From the NCBI GenBank assembly GCA_903952135.1, contig CAJBER010000226.1:11804-75803 (forward strand): DNA of 64,000 nucleotides. The letters are read 5' to 3'. The position numbers were made by a program, and so were the translations under genes. How positions within the stretch are numbered: position 1 is the first letter of the stretch; the number at the start of each line of letters is the position of its first letter. The notes under the pieces were generated by a model. It ran no database searches and was not told where the DNA came from. It was given only the letters and a program-made list of their open reading frames with translations. The DNA is from an uncultured Algoriphagus sp. (GTDB lineage Bacteria; Bacteroidota; Bacteroidia; Cytophagales; Cyclobacteriaceae). This document shows, in pieces, positions 31,395 through 41,268 of the stretch.

Positions 31395-32216
31395 TTAGTC
31401 TACGCCTTTATTCTTGTAATAATATTCTGTTGCATTCCGAACAGAACCCTGAGTGAGAAGCAATTCATTCGCTTTTTCATAGGATACACCCGTGGCTTCC
31501 ATGATCATTTTGGTGCCTCGATCTACTAGCTTGGCATTCGACAATTGCATGTCCACCATCTTATTTCCCTTTACACGCCCCAATTTGATCATCACTGCAG
31601 TAGAAATCATATTTAAGACCAGCTTTTGCGCGGTGCCCGATTTCATACGGGTACTACCCGTCACAAACTCAGGACCCACCACGACTTCAATGGGATGATC
31701 TACCGCCATGCCAAGTGGAGAATCAGGGTTGCAGGAGATCCCTACCGTGAGTAGCCCCATTTCTTTGGCCTTCCGTACACCTCCCAACACATAGGGAGTA
31801 CTTCCTGAAGCAGCAATACCGATGACTGTATCCAAAGTGGAAAAGCCATAGGCCTGTATGTCCTTCCATGCCTGTTCCACATCGTCTTCAGCATGCTCCA
31901 CCGCTTTTCGAATGGCTGAATCACCACCAGCAATGAGCCCAATGACCCAATCGTGAGGCACTCCATAGGTAGGAGGGCACTCGGAGGCATCCAAGATTCC
32001 CAATCGTCCACTTGTACCCGCTCCAATGTAGAAAAGACGACCCCCTTCACGCATTCGAGGGACAATTTCATCCACTAAAGCCGCAATTTGCTCTAGTTTC
32101 TGGTGAACAGCCGGCGCTACTTTATGGTCCTCGGCATTGATATTCTCCACCAGCTCCAGAGCAGTCATCTGCTCCAAGTTTTCGTAAATCGAGGTGCTTT
32201 CAGTTATTTTTTTCAT
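31395..32216 (-). CDS. murQ: N-acetylmuramic acid 6-phosphate etherase
   Basis: GAGTSGRLG, DASECPPTYG and GPEFVTGSTRMKSGTAQK. Confidence 0.96.
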   Translation of the reverse strand: MKKITESTSIYENLEQMTALELVENINAEDHKVAPAVHQKLEQIAALVDEIVPRMREGGRLFYIGAGTSGRLGILDASECPPTYGVPHDWVIGLIAGGDSAIRKAVEHAEDDVEQAWKDIQAYGFSTLDTVIGIAASGSTPYVLGGVRKAKEMGLLTVGISCNPDSPLGMAVDHPIEVVVGPEFVTGSTRMKSGTAQKLVLNMISTAVMIKLGRVKGNKMVDMQLSNAKLVDRGTKMIMEATGVSYEKANELLLTQGSVRNATEYYYKNKGVD

Positions 32217-33055
32217 ACCATTTCTTGGTGGTAAAGGGTTAGTCCCGCAATTGGGCTTTCCAATATTAAGCCTACCTGCATGCCGCGATCTGTAGCTGCT
32301 TTCCGAAGGATTTCCGCATTGTAATAGGCAATGGATCCTACAAAGTGAACTGGCTTGGTTTGAAAATCTGGGTATTTGCAGACGTGCTTGTTAAAGAAAT
32401 TTTGAAAAGCATTGTAAAACAAGCCGTAACAGTATGGGTCAGCTTTGTGCTCCGTAAGGAAGCGGCAAAAACTCGCCATGTACCGGTTGGGAAAGGGCTT
32501 GCGGTAAACCTGCTCCTGAATCCCATACTGGGAGAGCTGAAAGCGGTCAATGGCTGCTTGGCGAATGGCCGCAGGCATTTCTTCATGGATAAAGTCTTTG
32601 AGAAACTGCCGCCCCACATCACTGCCACCCCCTTCATCACCAAGAATGTAGCCTGCAGCGGGTCTGGAAGCAACTATAGTTTTGCCATCGTAGTCACAAC
32701 TATTCGAACCTGTACCTAAGATGCAGGCAATCCCTGCACGATGCCCACAGGTCGCTTTGGCAGCTGCCAGTAGGTCATGATCTATCTGAATCTGTGCAGT
32801 TGGAAAAATTGCGCGAAGCGCTTGCTCTACCTCTACCTTCTTCTCCGGAGCTGCACATCCCGCTCCGTAGTAATAGATCTCTTCAACTTGATTGGAGATA
32901 TTCAACAAAAAGTCCTGATGCAACTGCTGTGTCATCTCAGCTACGCTCAGGTAATAGGGATTGAACCCAATCCCACGATATTGACTGATTTGGCCGTCTT
33001 TGCGGATTACCCGCCAATCGGTTTTACTCGAACCACTATCTGCTATTAAAATCAT
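32213..33055 (-). CDS. BadF/BcrA-type amino-sugar kinase (GlcNAc/MurNAc kinase)
   Basis: ILIADSGSSKTDW, ILGTGSNS and GYILGDEG; overlaps the murQ start. Confidence 0.85.
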   Translation of the reverse strand: MILIADSGSSKTDWRVIRKDGQISQYRGIGFNPYYLSVAEMTQQLHQDFLLNISNQVEEIYYYGAGCAAPEKKVEVEQALRAIFPTAQIQIDHDLLAAAKATCGHRAGIACILGTGSNSCDYDGKTIVASRPAAGYILGDEGGGSDVGRQFLKDFIHEEMPAAIRQAAIDRFQLSQYGIQEQVYRKPFPNRYMASFCRFLTEHKADPYCYGLFYNAFQNFFNKHVCKYPDFQTKPVHFVGSIAYYNAEILRKAATDRGMQVGLILESPIAGLTLYHQEMV

Positions 33056-33284
33056 CTGGGTGTAGCTGGCCTATGGCCTCAAATTTTTCAAATACTTTTT
33101 CGCTGTGGGGAGCATCCCCAAGTTCTTCCGTCAAATCCTGACCCGCCCAATGTTCGTAATGCTTTCCATTTTTCCAAAGCTTGGAAGAGGTTACATCGTA
33201 AATGACTCCTTGAAAAGCCACCCAAATTTCTGGCTTATCCTGTCCATTCCGCAGGGCTAGCTGCTGACGGGTATAGCGATTCAT
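33036..33284 (-). CDS. Cytochrome b5-like heme/steroid-binding protein
   Basis: WVAFQGVIYDVT..W..GKH..H.AGQDLT...APH; ATG 33284 overlaps the upstream TGA. Confidence 0.85.
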   Translation of the reverse strand: MNRYTRQQLALRNGQDKPEIWVAFQGVIYDVTSSKLWKNGKHYEHWAGQDLTEELGDAPHSEKVFEKFEAIGQLHPDDFNSR

Positions 33285-34435
33285 CAATAAAGTTTGATTT
33301 GGGCAGTCACCCAACGCTCGGGAATCTCTCCCTGCTGCGCTTGTTGGTAATCGGAATAGCTACAGGGAACAATGCTCACTCGCTCAAATCGGCTGGCATC
33401 GTTGTAGGGGATCTCCATCCACCATTTGCCACTTCGTTTGCTTTTGTAGAAAACCAAGGTATTGGGCTTGGAGTCCATGGACACCGTGTATTTCATGTAG
33501 GCTGCACTCTTGAAGGAAAGGGTGTCTTTTCTACTGTAAAATCCTTCGATAAAGTACCAGATCATTACCGCCGCTACTTGAGCAGTCTTGTTGTACGTAT
33601 CGTCGTAGTAGGGATCGTATCCATAGACACCAAAGGAGCTCAATTTTTCGTTTGAGCCAGCAAACCAACAAATCTGACTTGCTTCCTCACCCGACAGTCC
33701 AAAAGGCTGCGCATCTACGGCACCAGGCACTACGGAAGACTGAATTGCACTTAAGTCAAAGCTGATCAAATCCGCATCGCGAATCAGAGGCTCCATTTCC
33801 TTGAAGTTGTCTCGCAATTGTCCAAGGCGAACATGCTCAAAGTAGAGCTTCTCTAGGGCCGTAACTAAGGTGGGATCTACAAGGAAGCTTTGGTAGGCCA
33901 GGTGGGTGGAAGAAAACAAGAAATTGGGTTGATGGAGGACAATTTCCTGGGTATGTCTGTCACTTTCTGGACCTGACTCTTCCATGTCAATTTTGGCGTC
34001 TACGGTGAGTAAGGTGACCAGCTTTTTCAATTTCTGGTAAGACAGGTATTGTCCATAATCGAGATCATGAGAACCACCAAAAAAGATGGGCAAAATCTGC
34101 TGACGCATCAGGTAGTCGCCAACCTGTCGAATATTCTGGTAGGTATCGTTTAGGCTATCCCCAGAAATAAGGTCTCCCAAATCTGCAACTTGATAGGGAA
34201 TTGCACCCCGTTTGAGTTGATACAGCTTCTCTCGAATCTCGGAACTTGCTCGAGCAATGCTTTCGGACTTCTTGGCCCCCCTGCTTTCTTTCAAGCCCAC
34301 AAGGGCAATCTGAACTCCCTTGAGGTCAGGAAAACTATGGTGGTGAATAGAAAGCTGATTAAAAATTGAATTCTCGGCATAGCCTTTTTCTGCAACAGCA
34401 GATTCCACAGGCTCAAAAAAAGAAGAAATGGTCAT
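33284..34435 (-). CDS. Ureohydrolase (arginase/formimidoylglutamase) family protein
   Basis: IREKLYQL, ADLGDL, FFGGSHDL and PFGLSGEE; metal ligands appear degenerate. Confidence 0.75.
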   Translation of the reverse strand: MTISSFFEPVESAVAEKGYAENSIFNQLSIHHHSFPDLKGVQIALVGLKESRGAKKSESIARASSEIREKLYQLKRGAIPYQVADLGDLISGDSLNDTYQNIRQVGDYLMRQQILPIFFGGSHDLDYGQYLSYQKLKKLVTLLTVDAKIDMEESGPESDRHTQEIVLHQPNFLFSSTHLAYQSFLVDPTLVTALEKLYFEHVRLGQLRDNFKEMEPLIRDADLISFDLSAIQSSVVPGAVDAQPFGLSGEEASQICWFAGSNEKLSSFGVYGYDPYYDDTYNKTAQVAAVMIWYFIEGFYSRKDTLSFKSAAYMKYTVSMDSKPNTLVFYKSKRSGKWWMEIPYNDASRFERVSIVPCSYSDYQQAQQGEIPERWVTAQIKLY

Positions 34436-34477
34436 GGAAAGTCTTTAGGTCTTTAAAACTAATCAAAAATGATACCT

Positions 34478-34506
34478 AAAAAAAAATCCTGCATCAGCAG
34501 GATTTT
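34478..34506 (-). terminator. Intrinsic terminator after nqrF
   Basis: Minus strand AAAATCCTGC-tgat-GCAGGATTTT followed by a T-tract. Confidence 0.75.
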
Positions 34507-34516
34507 AAGTTGTGAT

Positions 34517-35821
34517 TTAACCACCGAAATCGTCAAATCGTATGTTTTCTTTTGGAATACCCAAGTCATCGAGCAACTTGAGAACCGCCGCGTTCATCAA
34601 CGGAGGACCACATAGGTAATACTCTACCTCATCTGGCTCTGCATGATTCTTCAGGTAGTTTTCAAACAATACCTGGTGAATGAATCCAACGTATCCATCC
34701 GCTTCACGATCTTCCAAGGAAGTCTTGATCTTCCAATTGTCTTCTGGAAGTGGTTCTGAAAGTCCGATGTGGAAATTGAAGTTCGGGAATTCCTTTTCGA
34801 TTTCTCTGAAATGAGGCACATAGAACAATTCCTTCTTGGAACGGCCTCCATACCAGTAAGATACCTTACGCTGCGTTTTTTCGGTATGGAATAGGTGGAA
34901 GATTTGTGCTCTCAATGGAGCCATTCCTGCACCACCGCCGATGTAGATCATCTCTCTTTGGGTAGGATTGATGTGGAATTCTCCGTAAGGTCCAGAGATC
35001 ATCACTTTGTCACCTGGCTTGCATCCAAATACGTAAGAAGAGCATACTCCAGGATTGACATCCATCCAACGGTTGTTGGCACGATCCCATGGTGGAGTTG
35101 CGATACGAATCGTCAACATCACGATATTTCCTTCAGCAGGGTGGTTGGCCATGGAATAGGCACGGAACAAAGGCTCGTCATTTTTCATCACCAAGTCCCA
35201 CAATCCAAACTTATCCCAATCGCTCTTGTACACGTCAGCTGGGTGACCCAACTCTGGATGTGGAGTGATGTCCATATCCTTAAACTTAACCGTAATGGCC
35301 GGCACGTCAATTTGGATGTATCCTCCTGCCTCAAAATGAAGGATTTCTCCCTCTGGTAGTTTTACTTTAAATTCCTTGATAAACGTAGATACGTTGTAGT
35401 TGGAGATGACCTCACACTCCCACTTTTTGATTCCGAAGATCTCCTCAGGAACACGAATTTTCATGTCCTGCTTTACTTTCACTTGGCAGGCCAAGCGAAC
35501 ATGTCCTTGCTGCTCAGCACGGCTAAGGTGACCCACTTCGGTAGGCAGTACGTCTCCACCCCCATCGTCTACGATACACTTGCACATGGCGCAAGTACCC
35601 CCTCCACCACAGGCAGAAGGAAGGAAGATTTTTTGATTACCTAAGGTAGAAAGTAAGCTTGAACCCGCAGAAGCGACAATTGGGTTGCTTTCATCCCCGT
35701 TGATGATAATCTTGACATCCCCAGAATTTACCAGTTTGGACTGGGCAAATAGGAGAATAAATACCAACAGCAGGATAATGGCTGTGAAGGCAATAATGGA
35801 AGTAATAATTACAGAACCCAT
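34517..35821 (-). CDS. nqrF: Na+-translocating NADH:quinone reductase subunit F
   Basis: [37 protein letters not shown] and terminal FDDFGG; promoter TATATTTG at 35877-35870. Confidence 0.96.
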   Translation of the reverse strand: MGSVIITSIIAFTAIILLLVFILLFAQSKLVNSGDVKIIINGDESNPIVASAGSSLLSTLGNQKIFLPSACGGGGTCAMCKCIVDDGGGDVLPTEVGHLSRAEQQGHVRLACQVKVKQDMKIRVPEEIFGIKKWECEVISNYNVSTFIKEFKVKLPEGEILHFEAGGYIQIDVPAITVKFKDMDITPHPELGHPADVYKSDWDKFGLWDLVMKNDEPLFRAYSMANHPAEGNIVMLTIRIATPPWDRANNRWMDVNPGVCSSYVFGCKPGDKVMISGPYGEFHINPTQREMIYIGGGAGMAPLRAQIFHLFHTEKTQRKVSYWYGGRSKKELFYVPHFREIEKEFPNFNFHIGLSEPLPEDNWKIKTSLEDREADGYVGFIHQVLFENYLKNHAEPDEVEYYLCGPPLMNAAVLKLLDDLGIPKENIRFDDFGG

Positions 35822-35956
35822 GAACTCTTATTTTTTCTTTTTCGTAGGAAAACCCCGTTTTTAGGAGCACAAATATATTTATTAATCAGGAATGCACGCC
35901 AAAATTAGAAACAAATTTGGAGGAGATTTCTGACTTCTCACCGGTATTCTAACTGA

Positions 35957-36799
35957 TTAATTCTTCAATAGGTTTAGCAAGGTGCTCAACTTCACTTTTA
36001 ACAACCGTCTATCGACAATAAAGTCCAAAAATCCGTGTTCCAACACAAATTCGGAACTCTGAAAACCCTTGGGTAAATCCTTCCCGATGGTCTCACGAAT
36101 GACACGAGGGCCCGCAAATCCAATCAAGGCTCCCGGTTCGGCAATGTTAAAATCACCCAACATGGCATAAGATGCTGTCACACCCCCTGTGGTAGGATCT
36201 GTGAGTAGCGATATGTAAGGGATTCCCGCTTTGTCTAGCAAGGCCAGTTTGGCAGAGGTCTTGGCCATTTGCATCAAAGAAAAGCCTGCTTCCATCATGC
36301 GTGCTCCTCCAGATTTGGAGATCATCAAAAATGGAATTTTATTTTTCAAGGCATGGTCTATCGCTCTGGCAATTTTTTCCCCAACCACGGATCCCATCGA
36401 TCCCCCAATAAAGTTGAAGTCCATGCAAGCGATGACTAGCTCCTGCCCATTCATTTTTCCATAGGCAGACCTTACCGCATCGTTCAATTCGGATTTGGTA
36501 ATGGTAGCCTCAATTCGGGAGGAGTAGGATTTGGTATCTACGAACTTGAGGGGGTCTCCCGACTTCATTCCTTCATCCAATTCGGTAAAGGAATTGTTGT
36601 CAAAAAGAATTTCGAAATACTCCTTTGACCCGATTTTCACATGAAAATCATCGTTTGGAGAGACATAAGCATTATTTTTCAACTCCCGGGTATGAACGAT
36701 CGTCCCGCTTGGTGTCTTAAACCACAACCCATCCGGCGTATCTTTTTTATCCGCAGTGGAAGTCTTAATGCCTTTGTCAGTTCTCTTAAACCACGCCAT
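35957..36799 (-). CDS. accD: Acetyl-CoA carboxylase carboxyltransferase beta subunit
   Basis: [28 protein letters not shown] and GFAGPRVI. Confidence 0.96.
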   Translation of the reverse strand: MAWFKRTDKGIKTSTADKKDTPDGLWFKTPSGTIVHTRELKNNAYVSPNDDFHVKIGSKEYFEILFDNNSFTELDEGMKSGDPLKFVDTKSYSSRIEATITKSELNDAVRSAYGKMNGQELVIACMDFNFIGGSMGSVVGEKIARAIDHALKNKIPFLMISKSGGARMMEAGFSLMQMAKTSAKLALLDKAGIPYISLLTDPTTGGVTASYAMLGDFNIAEPGALIGFAGPRVIRETIGKDLPKGFQSSEFVLEHGFLDFIVDRRLLKVKLSTLLNLLKN

Positions 36800-36996
36800 A
36801 CAACTATTCTGATTGATCTAACACCTCAAAGGTGACAAATTTAGTTTGAAACTCTCATATTTAAAATTTCTTCTTCATCTCGATGGCTATCCCTTGTCCC
36901 GCCGCTAGGAGAAATTCTCTTTTTACACGAACTATTTTTTAGTACTTTGAAATTCAAATCAAGCCCAACCCTTCACCATCCCCTTCAAAATTATCC

Positions 36997-38631
36997 ATGA
37001 GCTTATCCATCCTCTTACTAATCTCTGCAGTTATCCTCTTGCTTGCTTACCGGATTTATGGAAAATACGTGTACAACAAATTTGGGTTGAGTGATGCCCG
37101 AAAAGCCCCCTCACATACCCATCGAGATGGAATCGACTACGAGCCGAGTAAGCCGATTGTGGTATTGGGCCATCACTTTGCTTCAATTGCTGGGGCAGGG
37201 CCGATTGTGGGACCCATCATCGCCGTGACCTTTGGTTGGATTCCAGCGGTCATCTGGATTTTGGTTGGTGGGATTTTCTTTGGGGCTGTGCATGATTTGG
37301 GCAGCATGGCTGCCTCTCTTCGCACTGAGGGGAAGTCCATTGGGGTAATCATTCGAAACCAAATTGGGATTAAGGGCAAGCAGCTTTTTATTCTTTTTAG
37401 TTTCTCCACCCTGATTCTAGTCATCGGAGTATTCTCAGACATCATTGCCAAAACCTTTGTTGCGAACCCTGGAGTAGGCTCTGCTTCCATTCTTTTCATC
37501 TTTTTAGCCATTGCCTTTGGCTATGCCAATAAATGGGTGGGAAACAAAAACCTGGCATTTATAGTGATCACCATAATTGGTGTGGTGCTGATGTACTACT
37601 TTGTCTATCTAGGTACACAGATTCCATTGGCTTTAACCTATCCCATATGGGTAGGTGGCCTGTTGGTCTATGCCTTCATTGCTTCTGTTACGCCCGTATC
37701 CTTATTGCTACAGCCTCGAGATTACCTCAACAGCTTCTTGCTCTATGGCTTAATGATCGCCGCAGTAGCAGGAGTGGTCGTTGCTGACCCTACCATTGAG
37801 ATGAGTACAGAGGTAAATCTTTCAAGTGAAAGTTTGGGTTACTTCTTTCCCGTCTTGTTTGTCACTATTGCTTGTGGAGCCATTTCTGGATTTCACTCCT
37901 TGGTAGCTTCTGGTACTACTTCCAAGCAGTTGGACAAAGAAAGTGACGCCAAGCTTGTGGGCTTTGGTGGAATGTTGATCGAATCCTTTTTGGCAATCAT
38001 TTCCGTAGGGGCCGTAATTATCCTATCACGAACCGAGTACCTAGATCGACTTACTGTAGAAGGTCCTGTTGCCCTATTTTCTACAGGATTGGGTGGAATG
38101 ATTTCTAGCCTTGGGGTATCCGAACCCTTTGCCGTAGGATTTGTGGCCCTGACGGTTTCCGCATTTGCACTGACTACACTCGATACCTGTACCCGTTTGG
38201 CTCGATTTACCTTGCAAGAATACTTTGAAGACATGCCGCAGCCTGCTGCACAAGTGATGGCCAAAAATCGCTACTTATCCACGACCATAGTCATTATCCT
38301 TTCCGTTTTATTGCTTGCCTCTGGAGAGTTTGAAAAACTTTGGCCAATCTTTGGGTCTGCCAATCAATTGCTTGCCGCACTAGCCTTATTGACTGTTGGC
38401 GTGTGGCTCATTAAAAAGAATATCTCTGCCACCTTTGTGACCATCCCCATGTTTTTCATGTTTACGGTCACGCTTGCTTCCTTGGGATTATTTGCTTGGA
38501 AAAACTTCCAAGATGAAGGCTATATCCTTGCAGTTATTGCTTCCATTTTATTTGTGTTGGCCATTGCCTTGATTCTTTTGGCCATCCGAAGCCTAAAAAA
38601 AGAGGTCAAAGCGTCTGAACAGTCGCTTTGA
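36997..38631 (+). CDS. cstA: Carbon starvation protein A family transporter
   Basis: GHHFASIAGAGPIVGP, IACGAISGFHSL and LWPIFGSANQLLA. Confidence 0.93.
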   Translation: MSLSILLLISAVILLLAYRIYGKYVYNKFGLSDARKAPSHTHRDGIDYEPSKPIVVLGHHFASIAGAGPIVGPIIAVTFGWIPAVIWILVGGIFFGAVHDLGSMAASLRTEGKSIGVIIRNQIGIKGKQLFILFSFSTLILVIGVFSDIIAKTFVANPGVGSASILFIFLAIAFGYANKWVGNKNLAFIVITIIGVVLMYYFVYLGTQIPLALTYPIWVGGLLVYAFIASVTPVSLLLQPRDYLNSFLLYGLMIAAVAGVVVADPTIEMSTEVNLSSESLGYFFPVLFVTIACGAISGFHSLVASGTTSKQLDKESDAKLVGFGGMLIESFLAIISVGAVIILSRTEYLDRLTVEGPVALFSTGLGGMISSLGVSEPFAVGFVALTVSAFALTTLDTCTRLARFTLQEYFEDMPQPAAQVMAKNRYLSTTIVIILSVLLLASGEFEKLWPIFGSANQLLAALALLTVGVWLIKKNISATFVTIPMFFMFTVTLASLGLFAWKNFQDEGYILAVIASILFVLAIALILLAIRSLKKEVKASEQSL

Positions 38632-38641
38632 CCTCATTTTT
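38595..38641. terminator. Bidirectional terminator overlapping the cstA 3' end
   Basis: GAGGTCAAAGCG-N10-CGCTTTGACCTC flanked by A- and T-tracts, between convergent genes. Confidence 0.7.
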
Positions 38642-38654
38642 AGTAGTCAAGTAC

Positions 38655-40196
38655 TCAGTCGGCTCCGTCTAGCTTTGCCATCGCTATGGAGTAAGCAGCC
38701 GCTTGCCTTCCTTGAGTCAAGCCTGCCGTCGCATCAAAGGAGTAATGGATACCCCCATAAATGCGGGACATAGACGCTTCTTCTGCCCAAGTTCTAAATT
38801 GCCCTGCGTTGGCTGGGAAAAAGTGAGCCATTACTTCTGCAGCAGCCGCTGAGAAGGATGCATGTCCCGAAGTATACGCAGGAAAATTAGGGGTTCCCAA
38901 AATGGTTTTAAATCCAGGGATGGTCTGAATCGGTCTTGGGTAATGGTAGTAGTACTTGGCATCCCAACAGGCAATTCCTGCATCGGCTATGGCCATGTTG
39001 AGGTAAGCAAATACCCGAGCGGTACGCACAGGACTCAGCTTATTGGCTACCACTTCTTCTTTTGCAAAACGATTCCAATGCCCTGGAGGAGTGTAGGTAT
39101 TTAATCCATCATTCCAGAAGTTCGCTATCCTACGCTGGTTGATCGTCAGGTTATTGGCATACTGCTTCAATTCTGCTGCATCTTTTTGAAATTCAGGAGA
39201 ATTAGGAGCAGGAGGTGGACCGGGCCGAATGGCTTCCACATTGGGCACATTCCACAGGCGAACCTTCCCAAAAAGCGGAACTAAGCCAACCGAACGCTGA
39301 GGAGTCTCCTGATTTTCCCAAACCCATCCAAAACGCTCTTTAGCAGCATTCTTGATGGAATCAGATTTAGCCCGAGTAGTTTGGGCATTTTTCATCCCAT
39401 CGGTAGACGCTCTTGCCAAGGCTGTTTTGGCCACCTCGGTGCCAATTAATTTACCTGCTTCCACATCACTGCTGACGTTGATGCCCGCTACGATAAGAGA
39501 TTCCAAATGCTCTTGAGCTTTCTGGGCCAAAAATTCTTTCTCCAATGGAAACATTGCGGTAAGAATGTCTTGTGAAGCCTTAGCAATCACTGCACCATCC
39601 GAAGGATAGGAAAAGAGTCCATTATTCTCGTAGGAAGATTTGATCTGCGGATCCAGTTGGTATGGAGCCTGTCGCTTAAACTTGTACTTGTACTGCCAAG
39701 CCATAATCAATCCGTCGTATTGAGCTACACTCAAATGGGCAAGCATCCTGCTGGTATACGGGGGATGGGAATAAGGAAACTTGGGATACTTGGATGGATT
39801 GGCAGCATCGGGAACAGGATAAGTTCCATCTGGATTGGGTGCTGGGATCAAATTGTATTTGGTCGCCAATTCCAGTGCGATTTCATTCCATCTCAGGAGC
39901 GGATTATTGGTCCAGTACCCCACTGCCTCCCTTTGGGCGGAAGTTGCTTTTTTCTGGATCTCTTTGGCATCTGCCAATTCCTTGAGCAATTCAGGAGATC
40001 CAGCTGCAGCAGGATTTGGAATGGAAATTTGTTCATTTGAGGTATGCAGTATCAATTTCCACTGCCCTGCATTGGCATCTAAGTTTGAATATTGATAGCC
40101 AGTAAAGTCATACTTGGTTGGCAAATCTTCCACACATGAAGAAACTAAAAACGTGAAGAGAAGAAGTCCTATGGTTATGTAATTGTATTTTTTCAT
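38655..40196 (-). CDS. Vanadium-dependent haloperoxidase / PAP2 superfamily lipoprotein
   Basis: Lipobox LVSSC; C-terminal K(Y..Y..)RP, PAYTSGH and SRIYGGIH catalytic motifs. Confidence 0.85.
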   Translation of the reverse strand: MKKYNYITIGLLLFTFLVSSCVEDLPTKYDFTGYQYSNLDANAGQWKLILHTSNEQISIPNPAAAGSPELLKELADAKEIQKKATSAQREAVGYWTNNPLLRWNEIALELATKYNLIPAPNPDGTYPVPDAANPSKYPKFPYSHPPYTSRMLAHLSVAQYDGLIMAWQYKYKFKRQAPYQLDPQIKSSYENNGLFSYPSDGAVIAKASQDILTAMFPLEKEFLAQKAQEHLESLIVAGINVSSDVEAGKLIGTEVAKTALARASTDGMKNAQTTRAKSDSIKNAAKERFGWVWENQETPQRSVGLVPLFGKVRLWNVPNVEAIRPGPPPAPNSPEFQKDAAELKQYANNLTINQRRIANFWNDGLNTYTPPGHWNRFAKEEVVANKLSPVRTARVFAYLNMAIADAGIACWDAKYYYHYPRPIQTIPGFKTILGTPNFPAYTSGHASFSAAAAEVMAHFFPANAGQFRTWAEEASMSRIYGGIHYSFDATAGLTQGRQAAAYSIAMAKLDGAD

Positions 40197-40206
40197 CTTG
40201 TCTGAA

Positions 40207-41130
40207 TTAAAAGGCTTTAAACTGATAGGTGATTCCTAGTCCATAGCCAGAAAACTGGCCCATATTCCTTCCAGAAATTGCCTGTTGGTAGGAGGCGATA
40301 AGTCCAAGGCCTTTGCCACCACTTTTAAAATAATACTGAGCAAATCCCTCTATTCGGTCAAAATCTACCTTATTAGTTGGCAGTGGCATGCAATAGGTCC
40401 GGATGTCATCCCCAGAGGCTGATCGAATGGTGGTCAAACTTGCTTCTACCCGAAGTCTATAATTAAACAACCAGGACCCTAAGGTAAGCTGACTTTGAAA
40501 GGCATCTGGAACATTCATTGTGGAAGAATATACCGATCCATTTGCATAGTAGTACTCACGCTCAGCATTGGTAGTCCCCCTATTTAGATACGCATAAGAG
40601 GCTCGAACATAAGGGCCTTTATTCAATTCATACTTTCCAATGGCTCTGATGCCGAGTTCATTGGCTCCGAGGCCCAGGCTAAAGGGCATGTAATCCGATA
40701 AATAGTTGGAGGCTGGGGTACTGAAGCTCAGATTGGAAAATCCAGTCAACTTGCCTTTTCCAATGGTCTTTTCCAGAAACAAGGCCTTCACGGATATCCC
40801 TAAATCCTGAATTCCTTGTACTCCAGCCATCTGCCCTGCAGAAGCAGCTGTTTTGACATAGGGGAGACTCAGGATTACGTTGACCTTGTCGGTAATCCCT
40901 CCTACGATCATGGGCATGCCCATTTGTTTGGTGAACGTGCCGATGTTTTGATTTACTCGAATCGTGGAGCCCTCCCAATACCGGTCCCAGGTGACCTGCT
41001 CGTATTGTAGGGCAATGCAAATCTCCCCTTTGGGCATCATTAAGCCATCCAAGGGAGTTTGCGCATGCGCTATGGTAAGGATCCCCAAGCTTGCGCAAAG
41101 CAAGCCAAGGAATCTGAAATGATTTTTCAT
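40207..41130 (-). CDS. Outer-membrane beta-barrel transporter-like protein
   Basis: Signal peptide, alternating beta-strand pattern, LSLPYVKT...GIQDL and C-terminal GITYQFKAF beta-signal. Confidence 0.7.
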   Translation of the reverse strand: MKNHFRFLGLLCASLGILTIAHAQTPLDGLMMPKGEICIALQYEQVTWDRYWEGSTIRVNQNIGTFTKQMGMPMIVGGITDKVNVILSLPYVKTAASAGQMAGVQGIQDLGISVKALFLEKTIGKGKLTGFSNLSFSTPASNYLSDYMPFSLGLGANELGIRAIGKYELNKGPYVRASYAYLNRGTTNAEREYYYANGSVYSSTMNVPDAFQSQLTLGSWLFNYRLRVEASLTTIRSASGDDIRTYCMPLPTNKVDFDRIEGFAQYYFKSGGKGLGLIASYQQAISGRNMGQFSGYGLGITYQFKAF

Positions 41131-41268
41131 CGCTAGTATGTGTTGAGGTAAATAAAAAGGAGAATGCGCCGGTCCATTCAGGAACTTTGCCTTGAATTGG
41201 AGCCACGTCTCGAAAGTTTGAACCCAAAAGCAAAATCACCATTGATGATGCTGGGTCAAAAGAAAAAA

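Noticed and set aside
40679-41242. 187-aa same-strand ORF overlapping the beta-barrel gene
   Set aside because: Out-of-frame shadow with no protein-like features; the 40207-41130 frame has a signal peptide and beta-signal.
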